DNA from: Candidatus Micrarchaeota archaeon
Lineage (GTDB): Archaea > Micrarchaeota > Micrarchaeia > Anstonellales > J096
Assembly (NCBI GenBank): GCA_013153395.1
Contig: JAADEL010000030.1
Coordinates: 1 to 45,882 of the forward strand
Length of the DNA stretch: 45,882 bases
Direction of reading: 5' to 3'
The notes beneath the pieces were generated by a model, which was not told where the DNA came from, made no database searches, and was given only the letters and a program-made list of their open reading frames with translations. Shown here in pieces: positions 33,919 through 42,222 of the stretch (position 1 is the first letter of the stretch; every line of letters starts with the position of its first letter). The position numbers and the translations under genes are program-made.

Positions 33919-34019
33919 GGTGCAGGGGGCAGGATTTGAACCTGCGCAGCCACTAAGGCACCAGATTTCTCCGCCTTCTCTTGAGTCTGGCCCGTTTGAC
34001 CAGGCTCCGGCACCCCTGC
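33918..34019 (-). tRNA. tRNA-Leu (anticodon CAA) with a 13-nt intron (33967..33979), a long variable arm and a genomically encoded CCA
   Basis: GCAGGGG-TG-CCG-GAGCCTGGTCAAA-CGG-G-CCAGA-CTCAAG[AGAAGGCGGAGAA]A-TCTGG-TGCCTTAGTGGCTGC-GCAGG-TTCAAAT-CCTGC-CCCCTGC-A-CCA. Confidence 0.88.
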
Positions 34020-34516
34020 TATCTTACCAACCCTCGGGCTTTACGCCCAGCTGAGGTAAGGCCGCGATAGGCCCTCCCTCTCCTTTTTATTATCTGCGCA
34101 ATCTTTTTATTTTTTACTCCTCGGTCTGCCAATATAACCTCAAAGTACTTATACACTCCATCTTCTCCTACCCAATACGAGTTTATAACCTCGGCATTAG
34201 GGTGTTTGCGGTTGGCCCTTTGCTCTGCAATCACCTGAAGGCTAAGCTGAGGTGGAAGAAACCTGTAGTTATGTCGAGCCTTACGGCCTGCCTTTGGGTC
34301 CCTTCTCTTTCTTCTTCCCTTTCTTACCTTTACTCGCACCACAAACACGCCCTGAACCGCTCTATATCCCAAGGACCTGGCACGGGCTATGTTGGTAGGC
34401 TTCTCTATGCGCACTATGGCTGGCTCTTTTCTCCACTGCATCAATCTCTCCTTGTAGGCAGGAGATCTCTCCTTATAGCTTTTTTGAAAGTTCTTCTGTA
34501 TTATGGAATACATCAT
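34019..34516 (-). CDS. rpl15e: Ribosomal protein eL15
   Basis: [28 protein letters not shown] is typical of L15e. Confidence 0.9.
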   Translation of the reverse strand: MMYSIIQKNFQKSYKERSPAYKERLMQWRKEPAIVRIEKPTNIARARSLGYRAVQGVFVVRVKVRKGRRKRRDPKAGRKARHNYRFLPPQLSLQVIAEQRANRKHPNAEVINSYWVGEDGVYKYFEVILADRGVKNKKIAQIIKRRGRAYRGLTSAGRKARGLVR

Positions 34517-34824
34517 TCCTCACCCATCATTATGGCCTTGGCAACATCCCCTCCGGCCTTTCGGAAGAGCTCATAGGCCTTCTCTCTATCCACATTGGCC
34601 CCTTCCATGATGAGTTGGAGCTCCTCCTCGGAGGGTTCTGCCTCCTCCTTTTTAGCAGAAATAATATAAAAGGTTTGTCCTTGAATGGTTACCTTCAATA
34701 TCTCAGGTTCTACAAGGGCAAAAGGATTTTGGGATTTTATAATCACGCGGGAGGCCTTTATCTTCTCGGTTTTCCCTCCCATGCTGCGGAATAAGGCCTC
34801 TGCCTGTCTTGGGTCCATCATCAT
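34513..34824 (-). CDS. nac: Nascent polypeptide-associated complex protein (NAC domain plus UBA)
   Basis: NAC beta-barrel segment followed by a C-terminal UBA-like helix bundle ([19 protein letters not shown]). Confidence 0.82.
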   Translation of the reverse strand: MMMDPRQAEALFRSMGGKTEKIKASRVIIKSQNPFALVEPEILKVTIQGQTFYIISAKKEEAEPSEEELQLIMEGANVDREKAYELFRKAGGDVAKAIMMGEE

Positions 34825-35399
34825 GCTTCAAACTTCTTTACAACCACAGTCTCCACAGGATTCACTTTGTTTACTTCCTTGAACACATCTGCTACCAACG
34901 TTCCCTTTACTACTGCATTCACAAAGTCAGGATATCTCATCTTCTTTACCCTGTCCACAATAGCACTCTCAAAGGCCTTTCTGAGGTTGCTCTTCACAGT
35001 GTGAGAGACCTTTTTCAAGGTAACCAACATCGCCTTTACTCTTACCTTCTTTCCATCTTTGAGCACAATATCCAATACGCTGTGGATCACGCTCCTTCTT
35101 TTCCTAGCCAAAGACTTCAGATAAGAAAAGGCCATCTCATAGCCATCTACTTCAGTAACCACCTTAGAGCCATCTACTCGAGTAGCCCTTAGGTTGACAG
35201 AGGCATATACCGCCTCTGGGGAAAACGAACCTGTAATATCGGAGATAGGTACCTTAATCCTTCGACCTGGAATATTCTCAGGATCATGGGAGATAATCTC
35301 TCCAATCTCCTTATCGCCAAGGTAATCGGGAGTAACCACCATATACCAGCGCTTAAGCTTCCACTTATCGCTCTTACGGGTTCTTGTCTTAGTTGCCAT
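34821..35399 (-). CDS. rps3ae: Ribosomal protein eS1 (S3Ae)
   Basis: KWKLKRWY.V..P motif. Confidence 0.9.
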   Translation of the reverse strand: MATKTRTRKSDKWKLKRWYMVVTPDYLGDKEIGEIISHDPENIPGRRIKVPISDITGSFSPEAVYASVNLRATRVDGSKVVTEVDGYEMAFSYLKSLARKRRSVIHSVLDIVLKDGKKVRVKAMLVTLKKVSHTVKSNLRKAFESAIVDRVKKMRYPDFVNAVVKGTLVADVFKEVNKVNPVETVVVKKFEA

Positions 35400-35400
35400 T

Positions 35401-35853
35401 TTATCTCACCAACAAAGCCGCACTCTCAGGAGAATACTTCCACTTAGGGTCAAGCACTCCCTTTTTCTTATAATATTTGGCTAGACGGTTGATCTTGGAG
35501 ACGATGTGCTGGTACTTTACGCGGTTGTGGATGTCTTTTTTGTTTCTTTGGAGATGATTGTGCATGCGAACAGCCTTTCTTAGCAAGGAGAGAAGGTCCT
35601 CAGGCATTTTTAAGAGGCCCTCTCGCCTTAGGATAGCATAAAGCTTCTTCTTAAAGGTAGCGCGGATAGAAGGAACTCCGTAAATATCCCTTAATAACAT
35701 ACCAATTTGAGAAGGAGGCATTCCTTGCCTTGCGTGCTTTAATATAATCTGCTCAACTTCCTCAGGGGAGAGCTCCTGCCACTCAGGCATCTCCCAGCGC
35801 TTTGGATGCCTTGACCTACTTCGACCGTGTTTCTTTGAATGTAATCGGGCCAA
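35401..35853 (-). CDS. rps15: Ribosomal protein uS15 (S13e type), TTG start
   Basis: MARLHSKKHGRSRS N-terminus. The start codon reads TTG, with a GAGGTGA Shine-Dalgarno sequence 5 nt upstream. Confidence 0.9.
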   Translation of the reverse strand: MARLHSKKHGRSRSRHPKRWEMPEWQELSPEEVEQIILKHARQGMPPSQIGMLLRDIYGVPSIRATFKKKLYAILRREGLLKMPEDLLSLLRKAVRMHNHLQRNKKDIHNRVKYQHIVSKINRLAKYYKKKGVLDPKWKYSPESAALLVR

Positions 35854-35897
35854 TGTTTCACCTCAACTCTATTTTTTGAGCATACTTTTTTAAAGCT

Positions 35898-36632
35898 TCA
35901 CCTAATGTAGGGTGAGGTGCTCTCTTTTTCTTTATCCTCTACCTCTAACTTGATCCTCTCCATAACTTCCTTTGTTTCATTAATCTTTTTCTCGATATCC
36001 TGAAGGTTGACAGGCAAACCGAACACATCTCTCAAGATGGTGATAGCTTCTTGGAGGGCAAGCAAATCATACACTCCTCCTGGCGTTGTCATAAGCAAAA
36101 CCATGGCAGGGATTTTATAATACTTTGCCACCACTGGAATCAACCCCGCCAATCCCACGATAATCCCTCTTGCCTTGCCCACCTCTCCTTTGCCTTTCCA
36201 CTCTTCCTTCCACTTTTGGAGCATCTGCTTGTTGTTGGCTACAATGTAGGCCTTATTAGCCTCTGCACTATCCCTTACCACATATCCTCCTACCGTAATG
36301 ATATATTCAATCTTGAGTTTCTTAAGGGTCTCAACTATCTTATAGGAAAGCTCATACTGCCCTACGCTTTCATTAGGCTGATAATCACCTACCACAAACA
36401 ATATATCCTTATAACGATAGAGGGTGACGCGGGTAGGTCGGAGAAGTCCGCTCTTGAGCATGACAGCCTGATGGGGATAATAAGGAGAGATAATCTCTCC
36501 AATCTTCTCTGCCTTAAGCTGCCTTACCATCATCCTTACGCTAGCCAAGCCTATCATTCCCACTCCTGGAAAACCTATGATAGCTACCTTGAGCTTTCGA
36601 GGTCTTTTTTTAAGATATACCTGAGATTCCAT
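35898..36632 (-). CDS. PAC2-family proteasome assembly chaperone
   Basis: The IIGFPGVGMIG N-terminal motif is typical of the PAC2/COG1938 family. Confidence 0.75.
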   Translation of the reverse strand: MESQVYLKKRPRKLKVAIIGFPGVGMIGLASVRMMVRQLKAEKIGEIISPYYPHQAVMLKSGLLRPTRVTLYRYKDILFVVGDYQPNESVGQYELSYKIVETLKKLKIEYIITVGGYVVRDSAEANKAYIVANNKQMLQKWKEEWKGKGEVGKARGIIVGLAGLIPVVAKYYKIPAMVLLMTTPGGVYDLLALQEAITILRDVFGLPVNLQDIEKKINETKEVMERIKLEVEDKEKESTSPYIR

Positions 36633-36653
36633 GTGCTAAAGTTAGCTTAGGAT

Positions 36654-36662
36654 ATTTATAAA
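36654..36662. promoter_or_regulatory. Central TATA-like box (ATTTATAAA) in the 51-nt spacer between 36632 and 36684
   Basis: It lies 26 nt from each of the two divergent start codons. Confidence 0.45.
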
Positions 36663-36683
36663 GCTTTTTATGGAAGTATAGTT

Positions 36684-36995
36684 GTGAAGGGCCAACTCTC
36701 GTTAGAGGCCTTACTTCTTACCCTTTTTCAGATTGTTTCATTGGCCTTGATAGTAGGTGTGAGCTTCCTCTTTCTCCAAGCAACCGACAAGATGGTGGAA
36801 AAATATAATTACCTCAAAGAACATCATTGGTTGTTGGAGGTGGCCAAGGAGGTATGCGTATTAGGAGATGGGCAGAGAAGACCTGTGAGATTGAGATTTG
36901 CCCACAACATCTCTACCGAGTGTGGTGAGCTTAGCCTAGGTCCAGGAAGCTATGTGCTCGAAAACCAGCAAGGAACCCTTAGAGCTTTCCAATAA
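36684..36995 (+). CDS. Type IV pilin-like protein with a class III signal peptide (GTG start)
   Basis: The N-terminus MKGQLSLEALLLTLFQIVSLALIV has the KGQ.S.E prepilin-peptidase motif followed by a hydrophobic helix. The mature part has two Cys. Confidence 0.65.
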   Translation: MKGQLSLEALLLTLFQIVSLALIVGVSFLFLQATDKMVEKYNYLKEHHWLLEVAKEVCVLGDGQRRPVRLRFAHNISTECGELSLGPGSYVLENQQGTLRAFQ

Positions 36996-37761
36996 CCTTC
37001 TCCCATAGCTTCTCAGAGGGCATCACACTTTCTAGGTATCCCTTGGCCAACAAAGATATCCCTTCTTGAGGTGTGAGCCCCCGGGTTTGAAGGTAAAAAA
37101 TCATGTCCTCAGGTACCTTGGAAATAGAGGAAGAATGGCTGGCCCTCACTTGGTTGTTCTTTATTCTCAGGGCGGGCCAGGTAAAGGCATGGGAATCCTC
37201 ATCCAACAGGATTACATGTTGTTCGAGATAGGAGTTGGTATCAGAGGCCTCAGGTCCGATATCTATCAATCCTCGTATCTGGGCATGGGAGCCTTTGTTG
37301 AGCAATGCCCTGACATGAGAATAGGATTTTCCATGAGGTTGGGCATGGAGGAGGGTGCTTTCCCATCTTATGGTTTCCTCCTTAAGAAAGGCAATTCCCC
37401 TTTCTTCTAGTTCTCCCTCCAGGGAGTAATGGGAATAGAGTTCGCTCTCTCCCAGCACCAACGTTCCCCATCTTACCTTTCCTTTGGACCTTACTTCTCG
37501 CTTTAGATAGGTGTAGTTTTCTGGTTTTACCACGCTGAAAATGTGGAAATCCCCTTCTATTTCCCAGCTTTCCTTTACCATGCTTTCCAGATAATAAACC
37601 CACAATGTTCCCTTTCCCTTTAGTTTCCATCTTACCTTGTGGGTGCCCACAAACACCTTTTCATAATCGCCTGTGATTACCTCCTCATCCTCTATACCCA
37701 CCTCCTCAATATAGGCATCAGGGCTCTCCGCCTCCTTTAAAAGATACTTGTAGTTTTTCAT
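36979..37761 (-). CDS. sufD: Fe-S cluster assembly protein SufD (short form)
   Basis: C-terminal SufB/D beta-helix and the A.H.S.IS....D.IFYL..RG motif. It follows sufB with a 4-nt overlap. Confidence 0.82.
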   Translation of the reverse strand: MKNYKYLLKEAESPDAYIEEVGIEDEEVITGDYEKVFVGTHKVRWKLKGKGTLWVYYLESMVKESWEIEGDFHIFSVVKPENYTYLKREVRSKGKVRWGTLVLGESELYSHYSLEGELEERGIAFLKEETIRWESTLLHAQPHGKSYSHVRALLNKGSHAQIRGLIDIGPEASDTNSYLEQHVILLDEDSHAFTWPALRIKNNQVRASHSSSISKVPEDMIFYLQTRGLTPQEGISLLAKGYLESVMPSEKLWEKVIGKL

Positions 37762-39101
37762 CCTATCGAACCCTCCATCTCTAGCTTTATCAGCCTATTG
37801 AGTTCCACCGCATACTCCAGAGGTATTTCTTTTATGAATTCTTCCACAAACCCCATCACTATCATCGTTTTGGCAGTCTCCTCATCAAATCCTCGGGACA
37901 TAAGATAGAAAAGTTGCTCTTCCTCTATCTTTCCTACTGTGGCTTCATGAGTGATCTGGGTATCCTTTTCATGGATATCGATGTTGGGATAGGTATCGGT
38001 GCGAGACTCCTTGTCCAACAGAAGAGCATCACAATTTACCGAGACCTTGGCATGTTTTGCTCCTTTTGCCACCTTTATCCAGCCTCTGTATTTGGAGATC
38101 CCGCTTCCCATGGAGATGCTCTTTGAGATTATGGTTGAGGAAGTATGAGGTGCTAGATGGATGGCCTTTCCTCCTGAATCTATAAGCTGTCCTGAAGAAG
38201 CAGAGGCAATAGAAAGGATTTTGGCCTTGGCATAAGGTTCTTTGAGGATGATTCCCGGGTATTTGTAGGTGACCTTGGAGCCCATATTTCCGTCCAACCA
38301 CTCTATATAGGCTCCTTCATAGGCCATTCCCCTTTTTGTTACCAGGTTGTAGACATTCTTGCTCCAGTTTTGGACAGTGGTATATCGCACCCGAGAGCGT
38401 TTATGGGCAAAGACCTCTACTACGGCGGCGTGTAATGAAGCCTTGCTGTAAATAGGGGCAGAACATCCCTCTACATAGGAGACCTCGGCATCCTCCTCTA
38501 CGATAATAAGCGTTCTCTCAAACTGCCCGAGCGATTGCATCTGGATGCGGAAGTAGGCCTGCAGGATGCGGTCTACCTTTACTCCCTTGGGAACATAGAG
38601 AAAGACCCCTCCTGACCAAAAGGCGGTGTTCAATGCAGCAAACTTATTATCATTTATGGGAACGAGCTTGGCAAAGTATTTTCTCACAAGCTCAGGATAT
38701 TTCTGGACTGCTTCATCCAGGCTTATGAAGATTACCCCTTTCTCCGCCAGATATTGTTCCACTTTCTCATAAAGTACCGAACTCTCAAACTGGGCGGTTA
38801 CCCCTGCCAGGTATTTTTTCTCCGCCTCTGGGATACCTAGTTGATCATATATTTTTCTTATGTCCTCGGGAAGCTCCTCCCAACTCTGGGCCTTTTCCGC
38901 CTTAGGCTTCAGATAGTAGATAATTTCATCGTAGTTGAGGTCCTCTAAGCCCTCTACCCAAGGTGGAAGCTCCAGCTTCTTGAACCACTCAAAGGCCTTT
39001 AGCCTGAGCTCGAGCATCCATTCAGGCTCGTTCTTTTGCTTGCTCAGGTAGCGGACTGCCTCCTCGGAAAGTCCCTTGTCCCAGATGGCCTCGTAATCCA
39101 T
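37758..39101 (-). CDS. sufB: Fe-S cluster assembly protein SufB
   Basis: Full-length SufB-like sequence (THEATVGKIEEEQLFYLMSRG). Confidence 0.92.
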   Translation of the reverse strand: MDYEAIWDKGLSEEAVRYLSKQKNEPEWMLELRLKAFEWFKKLELPPWVEGLEDLNYDEIIYYLKPKAEKAQSWEELPEDIRKIYDQLGIPEAEKKYLAGVTAQFESSVLYEKVEQYLAEKGVIFISLDEAVQKYPELVRKYFAKLVPINDNKFAALNTAFWSGGVFLYVPKGVKVDRILQAYFRIQMQSLGQFERTLIIVEEDAEVSYVEGCSAPIYSKASLHAAVVEVFAHKRSRVRYTTVQNWSKNVYNLVTKRGMAYEGAYIEWLDGNMGSKVTYKYPGIILKEPYAKAKILSIASASSGQLIDSGGKAIHLAPHTSSTIISKSISMGSGISKYRGWIKVAKGAKHAKVSVNCDALLLDKESRTDTYPNIDIHEKDTQITHEATVGKIEEEQLFYLMSRGFDEETAKTMIVMGFVEEFIKEIPLEYAVELNRLIKLEMEGSIG

Positions 39102-40261
39102 TATACCCGCCTAAAGATATGGACCACCGCGGTTGCTCCTGAACCTCCTACGTTATGGGTAAGTCCATATTGAGCGTCCTTTACTTGTCTCTCCCCTGCC
39201 TTTCCTCGGAGCTGAGTAACTATTTCATAGGCCTGCTTGAGGCCGGTTGCTCCCACAGGATGGCCTGCCGCCTTCAATCCTCCCGAAGTATTTACCACCA
39301 CCTTTCCTCCGAAGGTGGTAAGCCCTTCTCGGGCCGCCTTTGCTCCCTCTCCGTACTTGAAAAAGCCTAGGCCCTCTATGGCAAGCACCTCACCCACCGT
39401 AAAGGCATCATGCACCTCGGCCACATCTATATCCTCTGGCCCTATGTTGGCTTGTTTGTAGGCCTGCTGGGCAGCAATCTCGGTTGCTTTTACCCTGGTT
39501 AAGTATTCTCGATCGTGGAGGGCAATGGTGTCGGAGGCTTGACCTGAGGCCACAATCTCCACAGGGTCTGAGGTATAAGAATAAGCCTCATCCAAAGGTG
39601 CCAATATCAACACAGCGGCTCCATCGGTAATAGGAGAGGCATCAAACACCTTTATAGGAGTGGCAATATACTTGGACTTCATCACGGTTTCAAGGGTAAT
39701 CTCCCTTGGGAATTGGGCATAAGGAACCTTGGTAGCATGCTTGTGGTTTTTTACAGCCACCCATGCAAAATCTTCCTCGGTAGCTCCGTGCTCTAGCATA
39801 TAGGCCCTCATCATAAGGGCATAGAGTGAAGGAAAGGTAGCACCTACAAAGCCTTCCCATTCTCGATCTCCGGCTGCTGCCAATATCTCAGTCACGGTTT
39901 CGGTGTCAAGGTCGGTCATCTTCTCCACACCTGCAGCAACCACAAAGTCATGCTGGCCCGAGGCAACCGAGAGATAGGCCTGCCTCAAGGCAATACCACC
40001 AGAGGCACAGGCCGCCTCTACCCTAGTAACAGGAAGGGGATTTAGTCCCATGTGGTCGGCAAGCAATGCTCCCAAGTGCTCCTGAGAGGCAAAGGATCCT
40101 CCGGCCATGTTTCCTACAAAACCCGCATCCAGGCGCTCTCCCTCTATACCTGCATCCTCAATGGCCTTTATTCCAGCCTCTAATGCTAGCTCTCTGAGAT
40201 CTTTTCCCCAATGCTCTCCAAATTTCGTAATCCCAATACCGATAACAGCAACCCTTCTCAT
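39101..40261 (-). CDS. Thiolase (acetyl-CoA C-acetyltransferase, archaeal SCP-x-like type)
   Basis: VAVIGIG.TKFG N-terminus, catalytic Cys (EAACASG) and the NVGGSGA C-terminal block. Confidence 0.88.
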   Translation of the reverse strand: MRRVAVIGIGITKFGEHWGKDLRELALEAGIKAIEDAGIEGERLDAGFVGNMAGGSFASQEHLGALLADHMGLNPLPVTRVEAACASGGIALRQAYLSVASGQHDFVVAAGVEKMTDLDTETVTEILAAAGDREWEGFVGATFPSLYALMMRAYMLEHGATEEDFAWVAVKNHKHATKVPYAQFPREITLETVMKSKYIATPIKVFDASPITDGAAVLILAPLDEAYSYTSDPVEIVASGQASDTIALHDREYLTRVKATEIAAQQAYKQANIGPEDIDVAEVHDAFTVGEVLAIEGLGFFKYGEGAKAAREGLTTFGGKVVVNTSGGLKAAGHPVGATGLKQAYEIVTQLRGKAGERQVKDAQYGLTHNVGGSGATAVVHIFRRV

Positions 40262-40285
40262 GATGCTTTCATATCTTCCTTAATG

Positions 40286-40293
40286 ATTAAAAA
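40286..40293 (-). promoter_or_regulatory. TATA-like box about 28 nt upstream of the thiolase ATG, overlapping the stop of the preceding gene
   Basis: Minus-strand sense TTTTTAAT. Confidence 0.35.
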
Positions 40294-40919
40294 TCTAAAG
40301 TGAAATCTAGGGCTGTTATTATTTTATCTCTTTCCTCAGGTGGGAGTCGGTAGAATGCTCGAAAGGCATCGTAAAGGGACTCTAAAGCGGCCGGGATATT
40401 GGGGGCATCCACAAACACCACAGCTCCTCTTAATCTCTCTATATCTTGGACCACTGCTCTCATAAACTGGGCGGTGGGCTCAGTAAGCAAGGCACGGGCA
40501 TATCTTTTTCTTGTTATTATAGTACCATGGACGTAGGCAGAGGGCAAAAAGGCAAATCCCCAGAAAAGGCTGCCTAGGCCCACCAGCTCTCCAGGAGCGA
40601 GTACCGCATGCACACCGAAGTGAAGCAAGGTAAGCCCACATATCCCTCCTGTAATAAACTGCCTAGGCCAGTAGTAGGCGTTAAGCTTCTTCCAAAGAGG
40701 CTCTAGTCCAAACCTCACTTCCCTTTTCTTCTCCGGATGGATGGTGACATAAACAGGAGAAGTACGTTCCAGTATGCGATTAACCTCCTCTCTCACCTCT
40801 CCCACAAAAAAGGAGGTACCTGCCCGTTTTGGAGCGGCAAAGAGATAGAGTGGACGATTATTTTTGTATCCTACAACGTAGGACCTCAATTCCAACGGAA
40901 CGGCCATATTTAAATACAC
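40287..40919 (-). CDS. Hypothetical protein with a central hydrophobic hairpin. The likely true start is the ATG at 40907.
   Basis: Clean ORF. The TATA-like box at 40929-40936 is 25.5 nt from 40907 but only 13 nt from 40919. Confidence 0.58.
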   Translation of the reverse strand: MYLNMAVPLELRSYVVGYKNNRPLYLFAAPKRAGTSFFVGEVREEVNRILERTSPVYVTIHPEKKREVRFGLEPLWKKLNAYYWPRQFITGGICGLTLLHFGVHAVLAPGELVGLGSLFWGFAFLPSAYVHGTIITRKRYARALLTEPTAQFMRAVVQDIERLRGAVVFVDAPNIPAALESLYDAFRAFYRLPPEERDKIITALDFTLDF

Positions 40920-40928
40920 CTTAAATCC

Positions 40929-40936
40929 TTATAAAG
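40929..40936. promoter_or_regulatory. Central TATA-like box (TTATAAAG) between 40907 and aspS (40958)
   Basis: It lies 25.5 nt from each divergent start, within the imperfect palindrome ATAAAGGGA-T-TCCCTCTTTAT. Confidence 0.45.
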
Positions 40937-40957
40937 GGATTCCCTCTTTATGTTAGC

Positions 40958-42190
40958 ATGATTAAATCTGTAAAACCTGGTCAGGAGGTTACCCTCTATG
41001 GCTATGTCCATGAGTTTAGGGACCTGGGAAAGATCAAGTTTATCCAGTTAAGGGATAGGACAGGAACCATTCAAGTAACCGTGAAGAATCAGCCTGACCT
41101 TGAACTAAATCGTGAAGATGTGGTAAAGGTAAAGGGAAAGGTGCAAGAATCTAATATAGCAAAAGCAGGTATTGAGGTTATTTCAGAGAAGGTAGAGGTA
41201 CTCTCCAAGGTAAAGAAAAAGCTCCCGGTAGACCCTACCGGAGTGGTCCCTAGTGAATTGGATACCCGCTTAAAATACCGAGTTTTGGATCTAAGAAAGC
41301 CGGAGATAAGGAGAATATTCGAGGCAAAAAGCCATCTTGCCTTTGCCTTCCGAGATTATCTCTACCACCGCGGGTTTATTGAGATACATACAAGCTCTAT
41401 TGTGGCGGCTGCTACTGAAGGAGGTGCAGAGCTATTTGAGGTCCAGTATTTTGAGAAAAAGGCTTATTTGGCCCAGTCTCCCCAGCTCTATAAGCAGATT
41501 GCGGTAGTGGGAGGATTGGAGAAGGTTTATCTTACAACTCCTATCTTCAGGGCCGAGAAGCACAACACCATCTACCATCTTAACGAGGCTATCTCTCTCG
41601 ATGTGGAGATGGCCTTTATTGAGGACCATCATGATGTAATAAAGGTGCTCAAGGACGTTTTCAAGCACATGATTAACTATACAGCTGAGAAGATGGGAAT
41701 GCCCGAGAACAAAATCAACGAAATCAAAACCTATACTTATACAGAGGCTGTGGATATGTTGAACAAGCATGGAACCAAAATAGAATGGGGAGAGGATTTC
41801 TCCAAAGAACACGAGAAAGCCCTTTACGAGATACTAAAAGAGGATGCCTATGTTATCACGGATTTCCCGGCTGATATTAGAGCATTCTATACCATGAGAG
41901 ATCCTGAGGACCCCCGCATCGGTAGGTCCTTTGACCTTTTCTATAGAGGATTGGAGGTTTCCTCAGGTGCTCAGCGTATCCATATCCCTGAGGTGCTGGA
42001 GGAGGAGCTCCGCAAGAGAGGGTTGGACCCGCTGGACTTTGAATTCTATATCGAGGCCTTTAGGTATGGAGCACCACCTCACGGAGGATTTGGTATGGGG
42101 CTGGAAAGGGTAACGATGAAGTTCATGAACCTTAACAACATCAGAGAGGCTATGTTGTTCCCTCGAGACAGGACCAGGGTAACGCCATAA
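40958..42190 (+). CDS. aspS: Aspartyl-tRNA synthetase (archaeal type, compact)
   Basis: N-terminal OB fold, QSPQLYKQ, FRAEKHNT..HLNE (motif 2) and GAPPHGGFGMGLERV (motif 3). Confidence 0.9.
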   Translation: MIKSVKPGQEVTLYGYVHEFRDLGKIKFIQLRDRTGTIQVTVKNQPDLELNREDVVKVKGKVQESNIAKAGIEVISEKVEVLSKVKKKLPVDPTGVVPSELDTRLKYRVLDLRKPEIRRIFEAKSHLAFAFRDYLYHRGFIEIHTSSIVAAATEGGAELFEVQYFEKKAYLAQSPQLYKQIAVVGGLEKVYLTTPIFRAEKHNTIYHLNEAISLDVEMAFIEDHHDVIKVLKDVFKHMINYTAEKMGMPENKINEIKTYTYTEAVDMLNKHGTKIEWGEDFSKEHEKALYEILKEDAYVITDFPADIRAFYTMRDPEDPRIGRSFDLFYRGLEVSSGAQRIHIPEVLEEELRKRGLDPLDFEFYIEAFRYGAPPHGGFGMGLERVTMKFMNLNNIREAMLFPRDRTRVTP

Positions 42191-42193
42191 TGC

Positions 42194-42200
42194 TTTAAAA
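42194..42200 (+). promoter_or_regulatory. TATA-like box (TTTAAAA) 26 nt upstream of the ATG at 42223
   Basis: Spacing and motif. This implies a promoter independent of aspS. Confidence 0.4.
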
Positions 42201-42222
42201 CCCAAAACACAATATTTAGCCT

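Noticed and set aside
36051-36650. The 199-aa plus-strand ORF antisense to the PAC2 gene. Similar long antisense ORFs lie at 6942..7415, 7363..7797, 44537..45145, 43128..43517 and 35..37 kb.
   Set aside because: Each is fully embedded antisense to a gene with clear family motifs. The translations are Ser/Leu/His/Arg-rich shadow frames.
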